NCBI GenBank assembly: GCA_016198185.1 | Contig: JACQJD010000093.1 | Coordinates: forward strand, 1 to 60,144 | DNA: 60,144 nt | Source: Deltaproteobacteria bacterium | GTDB lineage: Bacteria > Bdellovibrionota > JACOXK01 > 2-02-FULL-40-11 | Direction: 5' to 3' | In this document: one piece after another, positions 26,594 to 35,197 of the stretch | Layout of the letters: each line of letters starts with the position of its first letter | Position numbering within the stretch: position 1 is the stretch's first letter | Position numbers and translations under genes: made by a program | Notes under the pieces: model-generated | Databases searched by the model: none | What the model saw: only the letters and a program-made list of their open reading frames with translations | What the model was told of the DNA's origin: nothing

Positions 26594-27286
26594 TTAAGTT
26601 GAACGTTTGCCAAAAATAAGTGATCCGATTCGAATCTGCGTGGCTCCTTCTTCAATGGCTATTGGATAATCCCAAGACATTCCCATAGAAAGTTCCCTCC
26701 AATCGAAATTTGGAAATTCTTCTTTCGCTTGGCAAAAGAGAGCGAACATTTTTTTAAAATAAGAACGGGTGTGTTCTGGATCAGAAGTTTGAGGGGGGAT
26801 GGCCATGAGCCCTTGGATCTTAACAAACGTGAATGGCGGGAGGGCCTTTACAAAAGTTACAAACTGGTTTGGCAAAATACCAGACTTCGAAGTCTCTTCC
26901 CCAATATTGATTTGCAATAAAACAGGGAGTGTTTTTTTTATTTTTGCACATTCTGATTCAATTTTTTGGATGAGATTGATCCGATCTACAGAATCAATCG
27001 AAACTACTTTGCCGACGATGTCTTTGACCTTGTTGGTTTGAAGATGTCCAATAAAATGCCATTGTAAGGGTTGAGAGTTAAAACCCGGCCATTTTTTTAA
27101 AAACTCTTGGACATAGTTTTCTCCAAAATGAACCAAACCACAGGTACGGGCGATTTTAATTTTCTCTATGTCTTGAGCTTTAGAGACAGCAACGAGTGTT
27201 ATGTCTTTTGGATTGCGATGTGCCCGATGCGCAATCTCATGGATAGAGCATTGGAGATTTTCTATCTGATTTGGAATCCAAGACAT
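26594..27286 (-). CDS. yggS: YggS-family pyridoxal-phosphate homeostasis protein
   Basis: LVAVSK (PLP Lys), HFIGHLQTNK and ELSMGMS motifs. Confidence 0.85.
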   Translation of the reverse strand: MSWIPNQIENLQCSIHEIAHRAHRNPKDITLVAVSKAQDIEKIKIARTCGLVHFGENYVQEFLKKWPGFNSQPLQWHFIGHLQTNKVKDIVGKVVSIDSVDRINLIQKIESECAKIKKTLPVLLQINIGEETSKSGILPNQFVTFVKALPPFTFVKIQGLMAIPPQTSDPEHTRSYFKKMFALFCQAKEEFPNFDWRELSMGMSWDYPIAIEEGATQIRIGSLIFGKRST

Positions 27287-27369
27287 GGATGCAAAGTATC
27301 ATTATTTTTGGTGTTGGGGGTAGAAAATGTTTGACAAGGCATTTGTCTTTTTCATACACCTACGTCCAT

Positions 27370-27442
27370 GCCCCGGTAGCTCAGTCGGTAGAGCAGCGCC
27401 CTGAAAAGGCGCGTGTCGGCAGTTCGATTCTGCCCTGGGGCA
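27370..27442 (+). tRNA. tRNA-Phe (anticodon GAA)
   Basis: Hand-folded cloverleaf. Acceptor GCCCCGG/CTGGGGC, D arm GCTC-AGTCGGTA-GAGC, anticodon stem GCGCC/GGCGC with loop CTGAAAA, T arm GGCAG-TTCGATT-CTGCC. CCA is not encoded. A T8 run follows. Confidence 0.9.
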
Positions 27443-27542
27443 TGTTTAATCTTTTTTTTCTCATCCCGTCCCGTTTCAGGGTGAGAGATACCCCTTAAAC
27501 ATTCCCATCTGAACCGTCGATAAGCTTTAAAGGAGGGATACC

Positions 27543-27917
27543 ATGAGCCAAGGGAAAACCATTCTGTTGATTGATGATGAAGCGGATTTACGTGAAGCCA
27601 TTAAGATGAAGTTGGAAGCCGAAGGATATCAAATTGAACAAGCTGCCAATGGGGTAGAAGCGCTTGAACACATTAAGAGAAACAATCCAGATTTGATTGT
27701 TCTGGATGTGATGATGCCTGAGCTCAATGGATATCAAGTGTGTAAAAGATTAAAAGAAGATGAGAAACTAAAGCATATTCCCATCATCCTCTTAACCGGA
27801 AGGGCGCATTCGTCTGATCAATTTTGGGGGTTGGGGATGGGTGCCAATGATTATATTACCAAACCCTTTGAGTTTCATGAACTCTTAAGCCTGATTGCTC
27901 AACACCTGAATGATTAA
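27543..27917 (+). CDS. Response regulator, receiver domain only
   Basis: ILLIDDE, LIVLDVMMP and KPF motifs. 124 aa. Confidence 0.85.
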   Translation: MSQGKTILLIDDEADLREAIKMKLEAEGYQIEQAANGVEALEHIKRNNPDLIVLDVMMPELNGYQVCKRLKEDEKLKHIPIILLTGRAHSSDQFWGLGMGANDYITKPFEFHELLSLIAQHLND

Positions 27918-27978
27918 AAATAGATAAGAGGCTTTCAAGGAGCAGGTGAAGCCATTATAATAGATATAAGGTATACGT

Positions 27979-28887
27979 ATGGCCAACTTAAAATATAAAA
28001 ACATAGGTCAAAAAATGGTTCCCGAATTGGAGACCTTGGAAGAAGCATTGGGTCATCTGGAAACAGTCTTTCCGGAAGCCATTTCCGTTAAAAGAAAAGA
28101 TCATCAGAATGTTATCAAACTTAAAAACAATATCTCAACCCCACCGAAACCAAAAATAGAGAGACTTAAAAATGTCATTACCCAATTAAAATTACAAAAA
28201 GAATTTGTGGATGTTGCTGCACATGAGCTTAAAGCGCCGCTTACGATTATTAAGCTCAGCCTTGAAAACTTTAAAACCGGTGTTTTAGGGCCCCTTTCAG
28301 AAAAACAAAAAAAAGTAATCGAGCGCATGGAATGGAATGTGATTCGGTTAACACGATTGACGGAGGATATTTTAAGTTTGGCCAGACTTGAAAATGGCAG
28401 AGCCAAAATTCGTTGTTTGCAACAGGAAACAGCAAAATTTTTAAAAAATGTCATTTCTCATTTTGAAGATTGGGCGGAAAGACAACATATTCGTTTAGAG
28501 CTAAAAATTCCAAAAAAATTGCCGCTGTTGTGTATTGATGTGGATTTAATGGAGCAGGTTTTATCGAACTTGATGAGCAATGCCTTGCGATATGCAAAAA
28601 CAAAGATCATTGTAACCGTAACGGCAAATGCGCATGAAATGCTGATCAGCGTCCATGATGATGGCGAAGGTATTCAGGAAGAGCACTTGCCAAATTTGTT
28701 TCAAAAATTTTCTGCTCTAAAAGAATCTTCTCAAAATGCAAAGCACCAAAGCACAGGCTTGGGATTGGCCATTTGTAAAAAGATTATTGAGGATATTCAT
28801 GGCGGAAAGATTTGGGCAGAATCTTTAAAAAAAATGGGCGCCAAGTTTAGCTTTTCTCTCCCCTTGCAATGTCTGTGTGAAAAATAA
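27979..28887 (+). CDS. Cytoplasmic sensor histidine kinase (HisKA + HATPase_c)
   Basis: H-box AAHELKAPLT, N-box SNALRYA, G-boxes HDDGEGI and GLGLAICK. No TM segment. Confidence 0.85.
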   Translation: MANLKYKNIGQKMVPELETLEEALGHLETVFPEAISVKRKDHQNVIKLKNNISTPPKPKIERLKNVITQLKLQKEFVDVAAHELKAPLTIIKLSLENFKTGVLGPLSEKQKKVIERMEWNVIRLTRLTEDILSLARLENGRAKIRCLQQETAKFLKNVISHFEDWAERQHIRLELKIPKKLPLLCIDVDLMEQVLSNLMSNALRYAKTKIIVTVTANAHEMLISVHDDGEGIQEEHLPNLFQKFSALKESSQNAKHQSTGLGLAICKKIIEDIHGGKIWAESLKKMGAKFSFSLPLQCLCEK

Positions 28888-28929
28888 GTTCTAACAGAAC
28901 TCCCGAAAATAGACTTTTTCCAACATCTG

Positions 28930-30549
28930 CTAATGAGCAGTGGAAAGGGTGTCGTAACGGTTCAGCTTATTATAGAGCGTTTTGATGGTGATTCCCAAAG
29001 CTGAAGCGGTTTTCGTTTTATTCCCATCAAAATATTCCAAGGTTCTTAAAATATGTGTCTTTTCAACTTCTTCCAGGGCTGTAATGGCATTGATCAGGGG
29101 GGTTGGTTTTTGAGCTGGCTTGGGAAGTTTTAGGTGAATTAAAATATCTTCTGGTTGAATGGTGGTTCCATCGGACAAAATTTTAAGTCTTTCAATGGCA
29201 TTTTGAAGTTCACGAATGTTTCCTGGCCAATGATATTGTTTTAAGAGTTGAAGGGCATCATGGGTAATGGCTTTGGTTCTTGCACCTCCAAACTCGGCTG
29301 AATTTAAAAAATAAAAAATAAGAGATTCTAAGTCTTCTGTTCTTTTTCGAAGTGGCGGAACGCGTAAGGTAATTGTATTGAGGCGATAATAAAGATCTTC
29401 TCGAAATCTGCCTTCTTGAACTTCGATTTCGAGATCTCGATTGGTAGCAGAGATCACACGGACATTGACCCGCAGTGCTTTTTTTCCACCCACGCGGTAA
29501 AATTCGCCTTCTTGCAAGAACCGCAGAAGTTTTGTTTGCATGTGTTTACCCATTTCAGCAATTTCATCTAAAAAAAGCGTTCCGCCATGGGCGGTTTCCA
29601 CGAGCCCAATTTTTTGAGTATGGGCCCCTGTAAAGGACCCTTTTTCATGTCCAAACAATTCGCTGATCAAGAGATTTTCATTCAATGCGCCACAGTTAAT
29701 GGTGACATAAGGTGCTTGGGTGCGCTGACTGTTTTCATGAAGACGTTTGGCGATCAGTTCTTTTCCGGTTCCACTTTCGCCTTGAATGACAACGGTTGCT
29801 TCCGTTGGGGCAATGCGGTCGACCATGAGAAGCAGTTCTTTTAAGGGTTTACTTGAGCCAATAATATCAAATTTGGGAACTTTCTGATGAATAAATGTTT
29901 TTAAAGACTTGTTTTCTTGTTTCAGAAGTTCTTGTTGTTGCAAAATTTTTTCATTGGCTTCTTGGAGTTCTTTTGTTTTTCCTGAAACCAAGCGTTCGAG
30001 TTCTCGGTTAAAGTTTTTAACTTCTAAAAAATGTTTGTTGCTGTAAATGGCCAAGGCACATAAATCCGAAATGGTCTCAATCACAATGCGATCATTTTCT
30101 GAAAAAGCATTTGTTTCATCACTTTCGACATTGAGAACACCAATGGTGGTACCATAGATTTGAATTAAAGCAGAAAGTTCAGATTGTGTGTGGAGGCCTG
30201 GGTGAGCAAAAAAATGTGGCTCTGTGCGAACATCATTGGCCAAAACCGTTTGTTGGCTTTGCAATGCCCAACCAATCATGCCGAGATCGGTGGGAATCCG
30301 ATCGCCTATTTCTTTTGCATAGAAAGCCCCTGCTTTGGCTTTTAGAATGGCTTCTTGATGGTCTGGATCATAGATCCAAAGGGAAAGATGGTGAAAGTCA
30401 AATTCATTTTGAAGAATACTGGTGATTTCTTGATAGAGCGCATCTAGATTGGGGGTCGTTAAGATCTTTCGTCCGACCTCATTGACCATTTTCAGGTGTG
30501 AGGCAACTACATGTGACGATTTCAATTCGTTTTGTCCCCCCAATGTCAA
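28930..30549 (-). CDS. Sigma-54-dependent transcriptional activator with an N-terminal GAF domain
   Basis: GESGTGKE Walker A, GAFTGA-like GSFTGA loop, C-terminal Fis-type HTH. The N-terminal ~170 aa are GAF-like. The track start is TTG. Confidence 0.85.
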   Translation of the reverse strand: MTLGGQNELKSSHVVASHLKMVNEVGRKILTTPNLDALYQEITSILQNEFDFHHLSLWIYDPDHQEAILKAKAGAFYAKEIGDRIPTDLGMIGWALQSQQTVLANDVRTEPHFFAHPGLHTQSELSALIQIYGTTIGVLNVESDETNAFSENDRIVIETISDLCALAIYSNKHFLEVKNFNRELERLVSGKTKELQEANEKILQQQELLKQENKSLKTFIHQKVPKFDIIGSSKPLKELLLMVDRIAPTEATVVIQGESGTGKELIAKRLHENSQRTQAPYVTINCGALNENLLISELFGHEKGSFTGAHTQKIGLVETAHGGTLFLDEIAEMGKHMQTKLLRFLQEGEFYRVGGKKALRVNVRVISATNRDLEIEVQEGRFREDLYYRLNTITLRVPPLRKRTEDLESLIFYFLNSAEFGGARTKAITHDALQLLKQYHWPGNIRELQNAIERLKILSDGTTIQPEDILIHLKLPKPAQKPTPLINAITALEEVEKTHILRTLEYFDGNKTKTASALGITIKTLYNKLNRYDTLSTAH

Positions 30550-30621
30550 AGAGGCCTAAAACCTATCGAACTGTGAAGAAATTTGCAAGGTCAATTTTAC
30601 TGAATTATATAAGAAAGGAAA

Positions 30622-31266
30622 ATGATCATGAAAATATTATATAGGTATGTTTTGCCACCGCTCTTAGTGATGGTATTTTATCCTTATATTCGGACCCTTC
30701 GAGTTCGAATTCTAAATGAAGAGGGTGAGAAATTGGTGAGAGATCGCTCTACTCGTTATATTTATGGCCATTATCATGAAGATATTCCCTTTATCGCTTT
30801 GTCTCATGCCTATTCCAATTTCATGACGATGGCCAGTCGCAGTCAGGATGGTGAGCTAATTTCGAGGCTTCTTTCTTTATTGGGGTATTCCATGGTGAGG
30901 GGGTCCACTCGGCATTTTGGAGCTCAATTGGTAACCTCTATGAAGGAAGGAATTCGGCATGGGAAAGATTTGGTCTTGGCTGTGGACGGGCCCAAGGGGC
31001 CGCGACGAACTGTAAAACCAGGGATTGTGTACATGGCCCGTGAAACACAAACGAGGGTTATTTTGATTGCTGCGGCAGCGAAACGACAATTTATTTTTAA
31101 AAGAAGTTGGGATGCCATGTGGATTCCTTGGCCTTTTACAAAAGCGGTGATTTTTGTTTCAAACCCAATTGAAGTGTCGGCCAATCAAGTGGATTTAAAA
31201 GAGAAAGCAAAAGAATTGGAAAAAACATTATATCGATTGAAACAAAAAGCAGAGACATATTTTTAA
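30622..31266 (+). CDS. DUF374-type (lysophospholipid-acyltransferase-like) protein
   Basis: Pattern SRSQDGELISR...G...VRGS....G.......L......AVDGPKGP is typical of DUF374. Confidence 0.6.
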   Translation: MIMKILYRYVLPPLLVMVFYPYIRTLRVRILNEEGEKLVRDRSTRYIYGHYHEDIPFIALSHAYSNFMTMASRSQDGELISRLLSLLGYSMVRGSTRHFGAQLVTSMKEGIRHGKDLVLAVDGPKGPRRTVKPGIVYMARETQTRVILIAAAAKRQFIFKRSWDAMWIPWPFTKAVIFVSNPIEVSANQVDLKEKAKELEKTLYRLKQKAETYF

Positions 31267-31350
31267 ATGGGAGTTGGTTCATCTCAAAGGTGAACATCGC
31301 GTTAAAGATTTCATCTTTTGGGAGAATGGGAGTTGGCGCTTTAGATGGGT

Positions 31351-31429
31351 GAAGTCTGGCCAGTGCAGGTCCTTCTCCGGGCTCGAATTGCAATGCCGCC
31401 TGGAGAGGGACCTGCACTGGCCAAACTTC
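31351..31429. other. Long GC-rich imperfect hairpin (about 27 bp of stem)
   Basis: gaagt/c/tggccagtgcaggtccttctcc pairs with ggagagggacctgcactggcca/a/acttc across a 23-nt loop. No flanking T-tract on either strand. Confidence 0.6.
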
Positions 31430-31487
31430 GTTCGCAAAAACGCTAAAGAATTCTTGCATTTATCCGATATTCTCTAATGAGGCAATC

Positions 31488-33182
31488 ATGACACGTATGA
31501 AATATGGAGTGTGGATCCTATGGGCGTTTTTCTTCCTAAGCAGTTCCATACTTTGGGCCGATATTCATGCTTATGTAAAATCCAGTGAGAATGATTCTGA
31601 AATTTCAGTTTCTGATTTAACGCTCCCACAAAAAATTGGACAGATGCTTATGTTTGGTGTTTCAGGAAAACGGTTAACGCCAGAAACACAGGCGCTGATT
31701 GAAAAGACACATTTAGGGAGTATTATTTTTTATGGTCAAAATGTGCGCTCCCCCTTACAAGTCAGAGCTTTTTCATCTGAACTTCAAAGAACGGCCAGAT
31801 TAAATCACGGAATTCCTTTGTTTATTGCAGTTGATCAAGAAGGTGGACCGGTCACCCGGGTTAGAAAAGATGCTTTTGCATTACCTTCTGCGATGGCTTT
31901 GGGTGCAACGCGTTCATATAAGCTTGCTTTCTTGGCAGGAAAAATGACTGCGCTTGAATTAAAATCAATGGGCATTAATATGAATTTGGCACCTGTTTTG
32001 GATGTGAATACGCATCAAGAAAACAGTGTGATTGGGACGCGTTCCTTTGGAGATGACCCGGAACTCGTTTCTCAAATGGGTGTCTGGTATGTCGAGGGGC
32101 TGGCGTCTCAACAAGTGGTGGCCACCGCGAAGCATTTTCCAGGGCATGGCGGAACAACCCTGGATTCCCACTATGCGATTCCCACATTATCTAAAAACTT
32201 TGAAGACCTTGAACGATTTCATGTTTATCCTTTTCGAAAAGCCATTGAGAATGGCTTAGATGCCATTATGACGGCGCATTTAGCAGTTCCTTCTTTAGAT
32301 CCTTCCGGATTGCCGGCCACTTTTTCTTATAATTTGATGACGTCATTCTTACGAGATCGACTTGGATTTCAAGGCGTTGTGATGACGGATGATTTGGAAA
32401 TGCATGCCATTTCAGAGCAGTATGATGTTTCGCAAGCCGCTTTAAAAGCCATTTTGGCTGGCGCCGATCTGATTATGATTGGATGGACGGATGCAAAAAA
32501 ATATCAGGTTTTTGAATCTTTATTAAAAGCGGTAGAAACAGGGAAGCTTTCCATGTCTAGAATTGACGAATCCGTTGAACGAATTTTGCGATTGAAGCAA
32601 AAGCGCGGGCTTTTTGAATTAAAACCTGAGGATTTAGATTCTCCCGAAGTGCAATATCAAGCCGTCAGGCGTCAAATTTCAGCGCAAGCCATTACGGTCG
32701 TTGAAAATAAGAGAAATATTCTGCCCATTTTAGAGGATCAAAAAAAACGAGTGTGGGTTGCAAGTCCACTGCGATATTTTAGAGAGCGCATGGCTTTTTA
32801 TCAGAATGACGTTCAAAGCCTATCCATGACGAGTCGCCCTACGAAACGAGAGATAAAAGAATGGGTGCAAGAGATCAAAAAAAATAAAATGGAGATAGAT
32901 GTTTTGGTATTCGGCTTTACACATGCCTCACAACTGGCCATTGTCAATCAGTTACCCAGCGATCTTCGAAAGAAGGTGGTGGTCGTTTCCTTTGATTCAC
33001 CTTATTTTTTAAAAAATTTGAAAGAAGTGTCTGCTTATATCTGTAGCTATGGCATTCAAAAAGATCTTATGGATGCCACGGCGGGCATTTTAAGTGGCGT
33101 TTTTCGATCTCAAGGGCGCCTTCCTATTTCCATTGATCCCCAGCATTCCTTTGGAAAATCATCCAAAGTAGCGATTCGTTAA
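31488..33182 (+). CDS. Glycoside hydrolase family 3 (beta-N-acetylhexosaminidase-like), secreted, with a C-terminal extension
   Basis: Signal peptide. GH3 motifs: IAVDQEGG, and KHFPGHGGT followed closely by DSH. Confidence 0.8.
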   Translation: MTRMKYGVWILWAFFFLSSSILWADIHAYVKSSENDSEISVSDLTLPQKIGQMLMFGVSGKRLTPETQALIEKTHLGSIIFYGQNVRSPLQVRAFSSELQRTARLNHGIPLFIAVDQEGGPVTRVRKDAFALPSAMALGATRSYKLAFLAGKMTALELKSMGINMNLAPVLDVNTHQENSVIGTRSFGDDPELVSQMGVWYVEGLASQQVVATAKHFPGHGGTTLDSHYAIPTLSKNFEDLERFHVYPFRKAIENGLDAIMTAHLAVPSLDPSGLPATFSYNLMTSFLRDRLGFQGVVMTDDLEMHAISEQYDVSQAALKAILAGADLIMIGWTDAKKYQVFESLLKAVETGKLSMSRIDESVERILRLKQKRGLFELKPEDLDSPEVQYQAVRRQISAQAITVVENKRNILPILEDQKKRVWVASPLRYFRERMAFYQNDVQSLSMTSRPTKREIKEWVQEIKKNKMEIDVLVFGFTHASQLAIVNQLPSDLRKKVVVVSFDSPYFLKNLKEVSAYICSYGIQKDLMDATAGILSGVFRSQGRLPISIDPQHSFGKSSKVAIR

Positions 33183-33199
33183 GAATATTCAGAATTTAT

Positions 33200-33288
33200 T
33201 TCCCCTAGCAAGGGCACGCTTCTATAGGGAGTTGGAAAGCGGAGTCTATATCTCCAACCCCTATAGAAGCGTGCCCTTGCTAGGGGGA
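33200..33288. terminator. Very long hairpin (28 perfect bp, a 1-nt bulge, then 6 bp) followed by a T-rich tract
   Basis: 33202-33229 pairs perfectly with 33259-33286, and gttgga pairs with tccaac inside. Begins 18 nt after the GH3 stop. ttttgtttgttttt follows. Confidence 0.55.
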
Positions 33289-33495
33289 GCAATTTTGTTT
33301 GTTTTTAAGTGCGCAACTTTGAATACCCACTTTCAGGTAATTATTTCATTGAGAGTTTTATTTTTCGTTTATTTATTGTACAGTCATTTTTTAACATAAA
33401 TAATTGAAATTATTGATAAAGTTAAAATTTTTATTTTCGATCTATATTTTGTTTAAAATATATACGATTGTGATGGCGATAAAATTTCATAAGTA

Positions 33496-35097
33496 ATGGA
33501 TATTGCTCAAATTATTTTTTGGCAGGGTTTTTGCAATGTCTTTGGGGCAGTGAAAAAGGTTTTCGGTTTTGTGGTTGTGTGGTTGTTGTTGTTCTCGAAT
33601 GTTTATTCAGCGCCTTCGCAGAGGTCTGCCAACGACCTTGTAGAAATTTTTATCGATTTTCTTTTGACATCGCCAGATCCAGAAGCAGTAGATTTTGCAG
33701 CACAGCTAGATTCTATAGCAAATACATCTGCGTGGCAGAATGCTCTTTTTTTTGGGGATCCTATTGCGGTTACAGATCTGGTTCCATCTTCCGTGCTTGA
33801 AGATGCTGCTGTTAAATTAGAAAGATTTTTGAACGTTTCCCTTTACAGTTTAATTCGAGATTATAAAGAGTGGGGATCTATTGCAGATGCGCAACTTCAA
33901 GGCTATTTTGGGGTTCGATTACGAAGAGAAATATCCTATGGACAAGCCAAGGCCATTGCGTTTTTGTGTGCTTCCTTTAAGAAATCACATTTAAAAGAGC
34001 TTTTGTTAAATCGTAGATTTGGTCATTTACCCAAATGGTCGGCAGAGGATAAGGCGCGGCTGGTGGATCTCATTGTCGATCGAAATCTTGATATAAAAGG
34101 CGGTGGGTGGAATCTGGATTCAGATGTTTCTAATCTCATTCAAAAATATGCCGGAGACCATGGGCTCGTCAAAAAAGATTTGGAAGCAAGTATCGGAAAA
34201 ATTCTTTCTGTTTATCAAGCATTGGAACCTGAATGGTATGGAGAGTTGGTAAAGGGTGCAGTGACGACTTGGAAAGCAAATCTTTCTTGGATTAGGCGTG
34301 AAGCAGGATTTCAATTCCTTACCTTGAAATTTCCAGAAGAGAAGGGAGTTTTAGGGGCAGATGTTCAAGCGATCCAATGGGGATCTCCTCTGAGAGATGG
34401 ACATATAGGGCGTGCATTAGGGTTACAGAATGAGCTGACGTTGGTATGGGGTGCACAAAATGGATCTCAGCAATTTAGTCTTATTTATTTTCCTGGCTTA
34501 TCGTCCACATCGATGCAGGGCCCAGAGTTTGTTCCGCAGCAAGTTGAAATTGCAGAAGCTGGGCAAAGTTTTCAATTAAAGCCGTACCGAGGACGAACCA
34601 TTGCAGGTCCTTTTGTGATTCAATTTCATGTGATGGGAGGAATGTCCAGACATCTGACATTCAAATTTTTAACAAAGACGGGAGCGATCATCCCAAAAAG
34701 ATGCGTGGTGGTTGATTTGGTCGATGGCGGTGTGTTGACTTATGAAGGAAGTTCTCAAGGGGACAACCCCATTACGTTAAATCAGCTGGTGCGGCAACAT
34801 TTAAGACCGCTTCTGGAGCAGTCATTGGCAGCCCCCGATACGAATGGTACTGGCAACGGAGATGGGAGGGGTCGTGGCACACTGGATCTCTCACGGCTCA
34901 TCGAATCAGGGCTTACCTTGGAAAGAGATGGTTCTATGATCGTTGAGATGGCGCAATGGGATGTTGCTCAAATGAGATTAAGGGATGAATCCGCATTGCT
35001 TCAAACGTGGTCACCAGCTCAGACAAGGGTTATTAGACAGGCATTGAGAGGTTTGGAGAGAGGGATGCGGCTAAAACTTCCGGTTCTCCCTCCCTAG
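33496..35097 (+). CDS. Hypothetical secreted protein (orphan)
   Basis: 533-aa ORF. GTG 33550 would give a classical signal peptide (KKVFGFVVVWLLLFSNVYSA). No recognisable domain. Confidence 0.55.
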   Translation: MDIAQIIFWQGFCNVFGAVKKVFGFVVVWLLLFSNVYSAPSQRSANDLVEIFIDFLLTSPDPEAVDFAAQLDSIANTSAWQNALFFGDPIAVTDLVPSSVLEDAAVKLERFLNVSLYSLIRDYKEWGSIADAQLQGYFGVRLRREISYGQAKAIAFLCASFKKSHLKELLLNRRFGHLPKWSAEDKARLVDLIVDRNLDIKGGGWNLDSDVSNLIQKYAGDHGLVKKDLEASIGKILSVYQALEPEWYGELVKGAVTTWKANLSWIRREAGFQFLTLKFPEEKGVLGADVQAIQWGSPLRDGHIGRALGLQNELTLVWGAQNGSQQFSLIYFPGLSSTSMQGPEFVPQQVEIAEAGQSFQLKPYRGRTIAGPFVIQFHVMGGMSRHLTFKFLTKTGAIIPKRCVVVDLVDGGVLTYEGSSQGDNPITLNQLVRQHLRPLLEQSLAAPDTNGTGNGDGRGRGTLDLSRLIESGLTLERDGSMIVEMAQWDVAQMRLRDESALLQTWSPAQTRVIRQALRGLERGMRLKLPVLPP

Positions 35098-35197
35098 AAA
35101 CGGGCAGAAGTTTTTGAAATAAGGATTGTGTTAAAGGCAAGCGAAGCTAGGCCACTCTGTTAATATCTCTGTGGCGGCATTGTAACAGGAGGGTGTT

